Below are positions 21,755 through 32,981 of a DNA stretch of 64,000 bases, piece after piece. Position 1 is the first letter of the stretch, and every line of letters starts with the position of its first letter. A program made the translations under genes and the position numbers. Source of the stretch: Hyaloraphidium curvatum SAG 235-1 (Eukaryota; Fungi; Monoblepharomycota); contig JAIVFI010000006.1 in the NCBI GenBank assembly GCA_025558095.1, positions 496,001 to 560,000 of the forward strand, read 5' to 3'. The notes beneath the pieces were generated by a model, which made no database searches, was not told the origin of the DNA, and was given only the letters and a program-made list of their open reading frames with translations.

Positions 21755-23908
21755 CTAAAGCATAGATGCGATCGTGCCAACGGTGCTTGCGATGGCCGAG
21801 GAGACAAACCCTGGCTGCTGGATGTTCTTCTCCACGACCCTTTGCATCCTGACCGCTTCGGGGTCAACGAACATCCCGTGGAAACCGTAAGGAACGCGGC
21901 ACGGAAGCCTGACTTTGCACACCACGGTCTCCATGTCCCGGGCGTCGATCACCCAGCTGCAGGACGCACTTAAGTGAGCCAAGTCCCCAAGCATGCCATG
22001 GCGGACTCACAATTCGGAAACGCCGTCGTACTCGTTCGGGCCCTGTCCCTCGTCGTGCACGAAGCACACGAGGTAGCCGTCGTCCTCGGCCAGGGGCGCG
22101 CCGGTGGCAGGGTCACGACCGTTGGCGGTCCGGGGGGCAAAGACTGCCTCCCCGGAGAAGCGCTTGCCACCGTAGCGGAACGTTTTCCTTTTGACCTCGC
22201 TGCGTCCCTCTGCAAGGTCCTTAATGCCCTGGAGCGTGTCAAATCCTTCGCCGAGATCGTACTAGAGGAGTGTGCTCAGGCCACCGACACCAGCATGCAA
22301 AGCGGGCGGAATCGCACCTTGTGCACACCACAGAACTTGCGGCTGTCTTTCGCGTCGAACTCGGCAGCGTATATGTAGCGGGCTGACTTCATCATCCGCT
22401 TGTTGTTGATGACGGGGAACTCGCCAGTGACTTCGGGGTCGAGGCACCGCTCGATCGCTTTGCCCTCCTTCGTGTCAATGAGATAAATATGCATACGGGC
22501 CATGTCCTTGACACAAAGGTCAGCGACGTCCAGCACAATCGTTGAGAAGCAACTCACGGGTGAGCTGTAACCTTTGCCCGAAAGCGTGCGCAGTTCGACC
22601 TTGGTACTGCGCGGCGTGACGAGCACCAGGTACCGGCCGTTCTCCTCGGGCAGGTCCCAGGCCCCGCCGGTGTGGATGATTGAGCAGGGAGCTATGTCGA
22701 TCCACTGGACCTGGTCCTTCTCGGGGTTGTAGTGCCGGGGAACGATCCCGATGCGCGAGCCGTTCTCAGGCCGGAACGAGAGGATCGGATACTTGGCCGG
22801 GTTCGCCTTGGGGTCAACGCCTGGGATCGAAAAAACTAGAGGATTATCCAGTATCAAGCTGCGAGTCTTGGTAGTTGCGAAGTCGTGCATCATTATGGGG
22901 GCCGGCAAGGGGATCTTGTCAAATCAGGCATGAAAAATACAGACACCACAACGCAGCAAACATGATGAGAATAAGGAGAGAGAGAGAGAGAAGAGTGAGA
23001 GAAAAGAGAAAGGAGAGAGAGAGAGAAGAGAGAGAGAAGAAATGATGGGTAAATCTTAGAACAAGCGAGAGAGCACAGAGGAGCGCACCTTCGTGTTCAC
23101 GATCAGCTCCCCCTGCTTGTTAGCGACGTGGTAGTTGATGTGGGGCCTCGTCGAGTAAGAGAAGAAGACCATCTCATCGTTGTCAGGGTCGACCTTGGGG
23201 TGGGCAGTGAACGTGACGATCTGGTTCTTGTAGGTCTCGAAGCCCATGCTCTCGAGCGTAGGCAGCTGAATCCGCATCGGCTGAGCAGCTTCCATGAGCG
23301 CCATTGCCGTTCCGTTGTGGTACACCAGAGCAGTGTTCGACGTGGTGATCGGGGCGGAGCCCATGGTCGCCCTGGCCAGGGCGGCCTTGCCCATCATTTT
23401 TGCGACGCTGCCTTTGGTCATGGGCTCCAGGAAGGTGGCGATCGAGGTCCTGAGGCCGAACCCGAGCGAGTCCTCCACCTTGAGCTGCGGGTTGTTGATA
23501 TATCTGCCCACGTACGAGACCTTGTTGGGTCCCTCGACGTTGACGAGGTGAAGGTACCCGTCGCCATCGAACCTGCCGAGGAGCAGGGGTCAAAGGGGGG
23601 CAAGCAGCGGAACAGTGCTCGAACCAGTGGTACGCAATGCCCTCGTAAATGTGCCTCGGGTTCGGCCCATTTCGCAGGTAGTTGGAGCCGACCAATCCCT
23701 GTGGGATCTCCCCGGAGACGATCTCGCAGGCGGTGGGCTCGGGGTGTTCGCTACGCAGCGGAGCAAAGTTGCCCTGGGTCGTGGGAGACGACCCGGAAAC
23801 CGTCCCGCCCGGGCCCACGACAGGTCAGCTTCGGTCCGATGCCCCAGCGGCACGATCAGAACCGACCTGAAGGTAATCGTGCGTCGAGACCGTGGCCACG
23901 TCCGGCAT
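21755..23908 (-). CDS. Carotenoid cleavage oxygenase (RPE65/CCD family)
   Basis: YLQ|GNFAP, YLRNGPNP, YHWF|DGDGYLH, SNTALVYH, FTAHPKVDP, MMHDF, IIHT, EFPVIN, GEAVFAP, EDDGYL, RVPYGFHGMF; all four Fe-binding His present. Confidence 0.93.
22975..23040 (+). repeat. Imperfect (GA)n microsatellite inside the carotenoid oxygenase intron 22915-23088
   Basis: ggagagagagagagagaagagtgagagaaaagagaaaggagagagagagagaagagagagagaaga. Confidence 0.9.
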
Positions 23909-23993
23909 CTTGGACTTCAGGTTTCCAGAAGTTGGAGTGGGCGCAGCAACGCGACGCACTGCCGCCATCGAGGCGCCTAAACTCGAGGCCGCC

Positions 23994-24524
23994 ATGGAAC
24001 GCGCTCATCGAGCACTGCGGAGAACATGGCAACATTTCAGACATCGAGCTCTTCCTGTTTCGAAGAGGGCCCTCCTCCCTGCCGTGGCCTCTGCGCGTCG
24101 GGCACAGTCGGCGGCGTCGAGTCCTCCAACCGACGCGTCTGTTCCGGCATCCTCAAATCCCGCGGCCGCGTATACGGCCGTCCCTCTTTCTGAGATTGAG
24201 ATGCCATCTGCTCCGGTTCCACTCTCTTTCCGGCAGAAGTACGGACAGCCGCTGGCATCCTTTTTCCTGTGGACTTCATTGACGTTCGTCGGCTTGGAGT
24301 TCGCGTACGCTGCGATGGACACCGAGGATCGGAGAGACGAAATGGACGCCGAGCTGGAAACTTTGAAGGAAAGAGTGGATGAGCTGAAGGGACGGTTGGA
24401 GGCGAAGAGGGCGGGACAGGACATTGCCCGAGACTCCGATGGTGGTGCTACGTCCGTTGCTCCGCAGCGAACTTGGGCCCAGTATATTCGGTCCTTCTTA
24501 CGGGCAGGGCTCCGTAATGAGTGA
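23994..24524 (+). CDS. Hypothetical single-pass mitochondrial inner-membrane protein (possibly Ina17-like)
   Basis: Arg-rich presequence; FRQKYGQPLASFFLWTSLTFVGLEF TM; coiled coil DEMDAELETLKERVDELKGRLE. Confidence 0.5.
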   Translation: MERAHRALRRTWQHFRHRALPVSKRALLPAVASARRAQSAASSPPTDASVPASSNPAAAYTAVPLSEIEMPSAPVPLSFRQKYGQPLASFFLWTSLTFVGLEFAYAAMDTEDRRDEMDAELETLKERVDELKGRLEAKRAGQDIARDSDGGATSVAPQRTWAQYIRSFLRAGLRNE

Positions 24525-25382
24525 TTACCATGAGCATTGTGCCTGGCATGTCATGGACAACGCACAACCAAGATACCAGCAACCAGTCCATGGATGTGGG
24601 CACAATTTGCATCAGCTGCAGAGTAAAGATAGAGTGTAATGCACAGAGCACAGAGAGCACAGGGAGGCAATAGATAGAACGAACGAACAATCCTGTTTTC
24701 ACAGGCCTAACTGCGACAGGCATGAAGAACTGGAGTCCTATCCCTTGCTGGTGGGTTTGATTTCCTGAGCTGACGTTGCTTTGTTCTAGCAGCCTGGAAA
24801 GGACAACTGCCATGTATACATGGCAAGTGGATCCCTGCTTTGTGCCAGAGCCTAACCGAACCATTTGGCAATATGTGTTTCCAAGCAGGGAGCCCATCTG
24901 AGACTTTCCCCATACCTATCGATAGGTGGGATTGCTAGCTCCTCATTATACATACCTATCGATACTATAACCTATCGTTTGAGCAGCCAAAAAAACCCCA
25001 ACACGCCTTGTATCCCACAGGCTGGACAGCCTGATCACCGCGGATGTATGTCATGGAATTGATAAAGCATATTGGTAAAGAAAACCGATCTGATTCAACC
25101 CGACCCAGCTCGCACTTTGACATTGGCAGCACGAGGTGCTTCTCATCCCACCCCTGCCCGCTGTTTTTCAGAGCCGGGCGCGGATCGCGACACCGTACAG
25201 GCCCTCCACGCGTTCCACCCCCCTTGCCGCGAACCGAGCGCCAGAACGGATCAGTTGGAGCAGGCCGACCTGCGGGGGCAGCGGGAGCACCGTGCATGAG
25301 CCGGAGAACGAGCCGCTGGACAGCTTCCCAGCCAGCGACCCACGCAGATGATCCGCGTCCGTTCTCTTCCCTCTTCTCTTCC

Positions 25383-25922
25383 TCAGCCGTGACGACCCGG
25401 AGCTTGGAAACGTCGTGCTTGCCGTCGGAGGCGGTCAGCCTCCACGCTCGGCGCGAACAGCGGTACGGCATACCTGTAAGAGCATGCCCCGGGCCTGAGC
25501 GGCTGCAGGTAGAAGAGGGGGTTGGGTGCCGCAAGGAGAAGCTCGTCCAGGATGGCGCGCATGGCGGGGGTCACAGTGGGGATGTAGGCGGCCTTGGAGG
25601 GGATGCCGACGGCGCAGATGCTGCCGGCGGGCACCGAGAAGGTCCAGGAAACTTGCTCGAGCTCCGGCGGCCCGTCCTCGTCCGCGACCTCGGTCTCCGC
25701 CCCGTCCACCCCGCAGCCCTCCGACACGGGCATCCCCCCGCTCGTGTCCGCGCCCTTCGACCGGTCTTCGCCGTCATCCAATCCCCGTCCTCGTGGCTCC
25801 TCGGCGTCCCTGCTCGCGCGTTGGGTGCGACGGGTGAAGGCGACCGAGGTCCCGCCACCGCGCGGCCGCCCGCCCACCCCCGCTCAGCCGCGCCCGCGCC
25901 GTCCAACTTGCCGTCCTCCATC
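25383..25922 (-). CDS. Possible hypothetical protein (or degenerate gene)
   Basis: ATG 25922 (MEDGKLDG), probable intron, then the protein-like frame QVSWTFSVPAGSICAVGIPSKAAYIPTVTPAMRAILDELL; no family recognised. Confidence 0.3.
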
Positions 25923-26272
25923 GTGCCTACGCCGCCGCCGATGTTTTGGTCCTGCCGCGGAAGGAGCGCGGGTTCGGGGTGAGTTACCGCCGAGGGGGTG
26001 CCGCCAGCCGGGGCGACCTCCCACCCGTCCCAGCGCTTCTCCGGCGCCCGCGTAGCCCACGCGGCACAATGGAGCACGTCCCCCGAGAGATGCTGCGGGG
26101 TCTGAGGGCCTCGGACGCGGTCGCTGGGGCGGTTCTGCGCGCCGGGTTTTGGACGCGCGCTCCACCGGCGTCCGACACCCCCGGCGCCGGATCCCCCAAC
26201 CCCATCCCGCCACTCGTGCAAGCAGGGCAGCGTCCGTTTATCACTTCAAAGAACGGATCCGGTCCCACGATG

Positions 26273-27735
26273 CTAAATTCGGGGCCCCGGGCCCCGCCGG
26301 CCGCCCCCGGCCGAGCACTGCGCGAGTCCCGGGATGCCAGCTTCTGCCTCGTCCAGATCCGGAGCCTGCGACCACCGCGTGAAGCCAGCTCGCAGAAGCC
26401 TTGCGGAGCTTCGGTAGAGGCTCCGGGACACGAAGGGCGAGGTCTTGGCGGCCACCTTCTCGCAAAGATCGGCCTTGAACAAACGTGCTTCCTCTACAAG
26501 GGGGTCGTTGCCAGGCGCCAGAGCAACGAGGTCGACCACGTGCAGCGCGAGCTGGTCTTTCCCGCTCGCTGCAAGCTCCCTGGCTCTTGCGAGGACCTTC
26601 GCGGGATCGATCGCGCCAAAGATGGCGGCCGCCGCCTCATCCGGATGCGCAGGGTGGAGATCCGTTGGGTTGCGCGACATCCACCATCCTGAGTGTTCTC
26701 TTACGACATCGCGAACGACGTAATCCGGATCGCCGTAGTCGGCTGTCAGGTACTTTTCCTGGGCATGGGGAATGGGTCGGGGGAGGTCATGAATGATCTC
26801 GACGTCCGTGAGCCCTTTGGCCATCCTATCGAGAGTTTCTTTCCAAAGCCACTCGAGCGCTTCGACGGTCTTGGTCAAGCGGTCCCTGATCTTGTCCTTG
26901 CCGACCACCACAGGCCCGAACTCTGGGATCAGAATCTCGGCATCCAGCGCAAGGAGGCCGCGCAGCGTCTGGGCCCATCTAAGCGTGTACCTTTGCGTAC
27001 GAAGTGGCGTGCCAATGTTCGGAAATCCACTGATGACAGCGGCTCCGCTACAAAGACCAGCAATGAACAAGGTCAGAGAAGCTGCCATTGAAGCTGAATC
27101 CCCAGCACGCACCCGTAGAGCACCCTTTGCTTTGGCAAGAAAACAGTCACCGCGTCGTCCGTCTCGGACGGTCCCCACATGATGTCGATCGGCCTCACGG
27201 GGTCTTCGATCGTCAGCCTGTCGTCGACAAGCGTCGTCGGAGCGTGGCTCCTCATTGCCTGAGCGCCCTGCTCCACCGGCCACCCGAACTGGTGCTGGTT
27301 GAAAATGATCTCGAGCCCGAGGTTGCGGCGGTACCGTTCCTGACGCGCGAGGATATTCCTGTGGGCGATGGTCTCGGGGGGCGCCTCGCCGCGGGAAGCA
27401 TTGTGCGCCACCCATTCCGGGACGCCAGCGTTGTAGCCTGTTGAACAGGAGGGTGAGACTGCATCTTAAGGAGGAGGGCAACTCGTCCCACCGTTGTGCC
27501 CGTGAGAGAAGATTAGAGCGCGCAGCCTCGACCCCGTGAGCGTCCGGAGGGAATCGATCATCCTCCGCGTGACGGGGCCGCCCGGGCCGGCATCGATGAG
27601 CACCACCCCGCCGGCGGTCTCGAAGGCCACGCCGTTGCCCTGCCCCCCGAACAGGTACACCCCATCGGCGATTGTCTGGGGCGAAATCTTCGCGTACAGC
27701 ATGTTCTGGGCCTCGCGCTTGGCCTTGTCGCTCAT
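26273..27735 (-). CDS. Alkyl sulfatase-like metallo-beta-lactamase-fold protein with dimerisation domain, bacterial type
   Basis: GGQGNGVAFETAGGVVLIDAG, IFSHGHN|GYN, IAHRNI, GPSETDD, FPNIGTPLRTQR, DYGDPDYVVRDVVREHSGWW, NPTDLHPA; 2 introns. Confidence 0.82.
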
Positions 27736-27961
27736 TGTGCGCGGAATGCGGGGGTTTCGGACGGGCGGAAGGGAGAGCAGAGCCTGCTTTTTGCGTCGGG
27801 GGTTTGTTGGGGGGGGGGGAGAAAGAGCGGGAGACAGTGGGGTCGTTGGATGCATTGAATCGCTTCGTGCATTCATCCCATCATGCTAGACATAGTGATT
27901 GCGCAACCTGCGCAAGCTAATGCGTGCGTCCAAGTATCTCCGTGCAAACAGCAATGAAACG

Positions 27962-30176
27962 CTAATCGTCGTGGTTCAACACCTCCTCCTCGCCGCGATC
28001 GCCCACCTCCACGAGCAGCAGCAGCAGCCTCGGCGCGATCATCCTCGCGCGGCGCTTGGTATCCTGCCAGAGTAGCGGGAACGCCCACGCCACGGAGAAG
28101 CACCAGAGCACGTCGCCGAGGATGCGGGCGGGCCAGAGGACGCCCGTGGCGAACGAGGCGAGGCACATGGCGGCGCCGGAGGTGAAGATGGCGCGGTCCG
28201 TGAGGCGGTTGTAGGCGCCGAGCATGAAGAAGGAGAGGGGAAGGTGGTTCCAGGTCATGCGCAGGCGGTTGACGAGCTGGAAGACGGCAAAGAGGAACTT
28301 GACGGCCAGCAGCAGCACCGTGGCGGATGACTGCAGGATCTGGTCATCGAACATGCCCTCCGTGAGGGAGCCGCCGGTGGGAGTCGCGGTGGGGGTGGGC
28401 AGCGAGTCGGGGAGCTCGGGCAGGATGAGCAGGTTGGCGGGTAGCAGGTTGGCTGCGACGCGTGTGGCGAAACCGACGACGTAGGTGAGGAGCATGTAGT
28501 AGAGAACGAGGAAAATCTCGCAGACGACGGTGGCCCCCCCTGCGAAGGGCGCACTATGTCAGCGCGATTCGCAATTGCAGCAGGCGGCAAATGGGTACCT
28601 AGCGTCAGATGGGCTTCCAGCCCGTACCTGCGGCCCGAGCTCCTCGAAAGGCGGTAGTACGAGTGGCAGACCTCGCACTGGACCTAAAGGGACAGTCGTG
28701 TCAGAACGCGGCCTGACAACAAACAGCTGTAGACCGGGAACGCACCTTGCTGATGACGTTGGTCGCCGTCTTGCGCCACCGCGCCAGGCACACCCTGTGC
28801 ACCCACTTGGCGCTCCCGTCGCACGCGCACGGCGCCAGCATGCTCGCCCAGTTCTCGTCCCCCAGGCAGATCCTGCAGGTCCTCCCGTCGGGGTTGGACG
28901 CCGCCTCGCCGTCCTCCTGCGCCGCGCGCGGGGGTTCCTCGGGGACCAGGTGGTACGGCGACGACTGCCGCGGGTTGCGGTACCGCGGGCGGCGGCGGCG
29001 CCGGTCGCCGGCGGCGAGGTCGTCCAGCACGCCGCGGTACCGGTCGAACGCGGCGTCCGAATCGAAGGCTGTGCTCGCGGCGGGGGCGTGGGAGGGTGCC
29101 GGGCGCGCGGCGGGCTCCCCGCGCGACGAGTGGCCGGGGGAAACGAAGAAGCGCGGGGCGATGGCGTCGCCGGGGCCGTCCTGCGGCGACGAGGGGCCGC
29201 CAAGGCGCGAGGGGGGCTCCGAGACGGAGGAAGGCCCGGCCTGCACCACGCGTCGGCCCTGCGCGACGACGGAGCCGTCGCCTCCGCGCTGGATTCGCCG
29301 CTGGGTGATGGGGCGGCGGATCGGCGGGTCGTCGTCGTCGAGCCAGCGCTCGCTGGGGCCGGGGCCGAGCTCCCCAAAGTAGCCGGGCGACGGCGGCCGG
29401 CGAGCGGGGGACGACTCAGCCGAGGTGGGCTGCAGGTCCGACAGGTCCGTGCTGTCGCCCAGCCTCTCAAAGTCATCGCCTTCCTCGCTGTCCAATGCCG
29501 AGCCGGCATCGCCGTCCTCGGGTACCATCTGGTCCGCCGCCTCGCTGTGCGGTGCTCTCGCGCGGCCGGTTCGCCCGTGGATCTGTGCCAGAACCGGGGC
29601 GCCATCGTCCTCCGCGGCCGGGGTTGCCGGCCGGGGCCCGGTCCTCCGCACCCTGGGGCGGGCGGTGGCGGGGTCGATCGAAGCCAAAAAGTCGTCCATT
29701 TCCTGCGAGCGGTCCTCCTCCGGGGTGCCCGCGCACAGCGAGTACACCAGCTCCAGCACGGCGGGGCGCGGCAGGGCAAACAGCTCCTCGGGGTCGCCGT
29801 CGGCCGACAGGGCAGCCGCGCCGTCCAGCAGCATCCCGAGCAGCCGCTGGTCGGCCGCCAGGGCCGCTGCGGGCGGGCAGTCAGCCAGCGCGGAGGCCAC
29901 GTGCCGCGCCACGGCCTTCAGCTGCCTGCGGGCCTTTGCCGCGCCGATGGCCGCGCGCCTCCGCTCCGCCGGCGGAACTCTCCTCTCAGCGGCGTGGCGG
30001 ACGACTCCCGGCGGCGGCGGCGTCGCGGTGCGGAGCACGTCGTCCTCCAGCATCGACAGCAGCGGCGGGTCGACGGGCGACGCCGGCCCCGCCTCCGACG
30101 CCTCGCCATCCGACGCCTCGACGGTGCGCAGCCACGCGCCGCAGGATGAGTCGGACGGCGCCGGCGACCCCGCCAT
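27962..30176 (-). CDS. Membrane-anchored RING-CH (RINGv/MARCH-type) E3 ubiquitin ligase
   Basis: CRICLGDENWASMLAPCACDGSAKWVHRVCLARW, then CEI-type residues after introns; hydrophobic TM segments in 27962-28495. Confidence 0.75.
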
Positions 30177-30319
30177 GGCGAAGGCTCCCGATGCCACGCT
30201 CGGGCCGCGTGATTGAGGCTCAACCCACAGCTTAGAAGGGTGATGAGTCGAGTGTCGTCTTAGACCCCGCCGATACCATTTTTCGGATTCTCATCCAGTA
30301 TCTCCCAAACGCCCGCGGG

Positions 30320-32977
30320 ATGTCCGAGCCGCCCGGCGTGTACTCGGCGTGGCAGCTGGGCCCTCCGCCCGGGCTGCCCGGCGTGTCGCAGCCCGCGCCG
30401 CCCGGCGTGGCCGCCCCCGGCGCCCCCGCGGCATACGCGCAGTACCCCGGCGCGGCGGCCCTCACTCCCGAGCAATATGCCGTGCAGATGGCGCAATACG
30501 CGCAATACGCACAGATGGCACAGTACGCGCAGGCCGCCGCGCAACCCGCGCCGCAGGCGGACTACGGGCAGCGCGCCCGCTCGCGCTCCCCCCGCCGCCG
30601 CTCGCGCTCGCCACGCGGCCGATCGCGCGATCGACGGGACGACGATGGCGGCCGCTGGCACCACGACCTCGCCGACGACGGCCACCGCTCGCACGGACAC
30701 GGCCACCGGGACCGCGACAGGGGGGACCGCAGGCCAAAGCCAAAGAGCATCAACGAGCCCAACCAGCACATCATCGTGCAGGGCATCCCCACGCACTACA
30801 GTGAGATGGATGTACGTTTCAGTTTCCGCACCGCCGGGACGCGGCCCCGGAGGACCGCGCGCGCCGGGTTCCCGGGACCGTAGCCTGGAGACGCATCAGT
30901 GTCCTTTCATGCATGTCGGGACAGACGCCTAAACAGCCCGCGGACGCAGGTGCAACGGGTACTGGAAGAGTACGGCTGCCAGATCGAAAGCGTCGAAATC
31001 CAGACGGACAGGCGGACTGGTGGGTTGCCGCCTTCGTGCCTGCCGTTCTCTCCTGACTCCAACCATCTCATCGTTTTTTCTTGTCTTCCCATGTGATCGG
31101 CATTCAGGCGAATCGCGCGGATTCGCCTTCGCCAAGTTCACGACGCTCGAGGGCGCGCAGCAGTTCATCGATCAGAACTATCCGTTTGTGTGGATCGGAC
31201 AGCTCAGGATACGTGTTGACTACTCGAACCGCCCCTCGCACTCGCCCGCGGCTGTCGCGGCCGCCGCCGCCGCGGCGGCGAGCCAGGCGCAGTTCTTGGG
31301 CCGCCAACCCGCCGGCGCCCCGGCCCACCCGGCCCTGTACAACGACGGCGCAAACGACGTCGGCACCGTGCCCAACAAGCTCCTCCTCGTCCGCGGGCTG
31401 GACCCCCTGACCACGGAAGAACTGGTAAATCCCCCCCGGGACCCCTCCGACGCACCGGCACCCGGGACCCCTTCTCAACGTTCCGCCCGGCTCAGCTGTT
31501 CCGGATGCTGCGGGAGCAGGAGCCCGCGCTCAAGGAGGTGCGCATGGTGCGGGACAGGCGGAGCAACATGGCCTCGGGCTTCGCGTTCGCCGAACTGCCG
31601 GACGAGGCCGCAGCCGCGCGCCTGCTGGGCGTGCTGAGCGCCCCCGAAGGGTTCGAGGTGGACGGCAAGAGGGTGCAGGCGTCGTACGCGCACCACGGGA
31701 GCTTCATCCCCGTGTACACCTACACGCAGTGGGCCGCGTCGAGCATGCAGGACGCCCTGGGCAAGACCGTGTTCCTGCAGTACTGGGACGAGAACGCGTA
31801 TTGCTCCGCGTTCCCGCCGCCGCCGGCGCCCCCGGCCGAGGCCGCGGCGGGGAAGCCCAAGAAGAAGGCCAAGAAGGCGGAGAAGAAGGGCGGTGCGTGG
31901 TGCATCGCGCGCAGCCTTCCAGTCCCGGCTGACCCGTCCCAAAAGACGCCCTCGACGATGCGCTCTCGGCATTCTACTCGGACGTCGGCAAGGCTGCCGT
32001 CACGGCCGAGCCGGATCCGATGTTCACCGTCTCGGCGCCTTCCAAGCCCGAGGTTGCCCCGCTCTCGGAAAAGGACGATGGCGGCGGTGAGCAGGACGAG
32101 GGCGGGGACGGTTCGCTCAACAAGAAGCCGATCATGAGCCTGGCTTCCAAAAAGGTGCGGCGATCCGGCTTGCGCTGCCGCTTTCGAGTCGCCGACACGC
32201 CCTGCAGGCTTCGGTCAACATCCAAAAGTGGGCCGCGGTCAGCGGTGTGGAGCCCGAAGAGGACGACGGGCCGGACGAGTCGAAACCGCCAGAACCCATA
32301 GTTCGTTGCCGCACCGCCCTGCCCGTCTTACGCCTGGCTGACGTGGGGACTCGGCTTAGCATGTGCCGACGGAGGAAGAGGTGAACCAGACGCAGGTGGA
32401 CCTGGCCATCAACGCGTGCCTGTTGTGCCAGCGGCAGTTCCCCTCGCTGGACAAGCTCAAGAAGCACCAGGCGGCTTCGGAGCTCCACAAGGTTTGCCGG
32501 CGGTGCGGCAGGGCCCGCGACGTCCCGCTGACCTGTTTGCAGACAAACATGGAGCAGTTCCTTGCGGCCAAGCGCGAGGAGGCGGCTAAACAGGACCAGG
32601 AAGCCGCATCGCAGTGGAAGGACCGAGCCGCCGAGCGGCGCAAGGCCTTCAACCAGCCCGCGCGCCCGCCGAAGCCCCAGCGGCATTTCGTCGGCGGCCC
32701 GCGCAGCGCCCCGCCCCCGCCCGTGGAGGAACCGACGAGGCGCGGCATCGGCGGGGACAACATCGGCAACCAAATGCTGAAAAAGCTGGGCTGGCGTGAG
32801 GGAGAGGGGCTCGGGAGGGACAGCGGGGGTATTGTGGAGCCCATCAAGGCCGAGGCCTACGCCCGCGGCGCGGGCTTGGGCGCCGGCACCAAAGTGACCG
32901 AGCCGACGGACTTTGAAAAGTACGCGGCCAACACGCGGGACGCCTGGCGGAAGCGGTTCACGGGGGAATCCGAGTGA
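30320..32977 (+). CDS. RBM5/RBM10-like splicing factor (2 RRM, C2H2 zinc finger, G-patch)
   Basis: RS-rich N-terminus, SRGFAFAKF, LLVRGLDPLTTEE, SGFAFAEL, CLLCQRQFPSLDKLKKHQAASELHK, NIGNQMLKKLGWREGEGLG. Confidence 0.88.
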
Positions 32978-32981
32978 TTCA

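Noticed and set aside
24448-24913. ORFs in the CpG-depleted island
   Set aside because: Codon usage unlike the real genes and no recognisable motifs
26273-26290. C-terminal PRI of the sulfatase-like protein as a PTS1
   Set aside because: Too far from consensus to support
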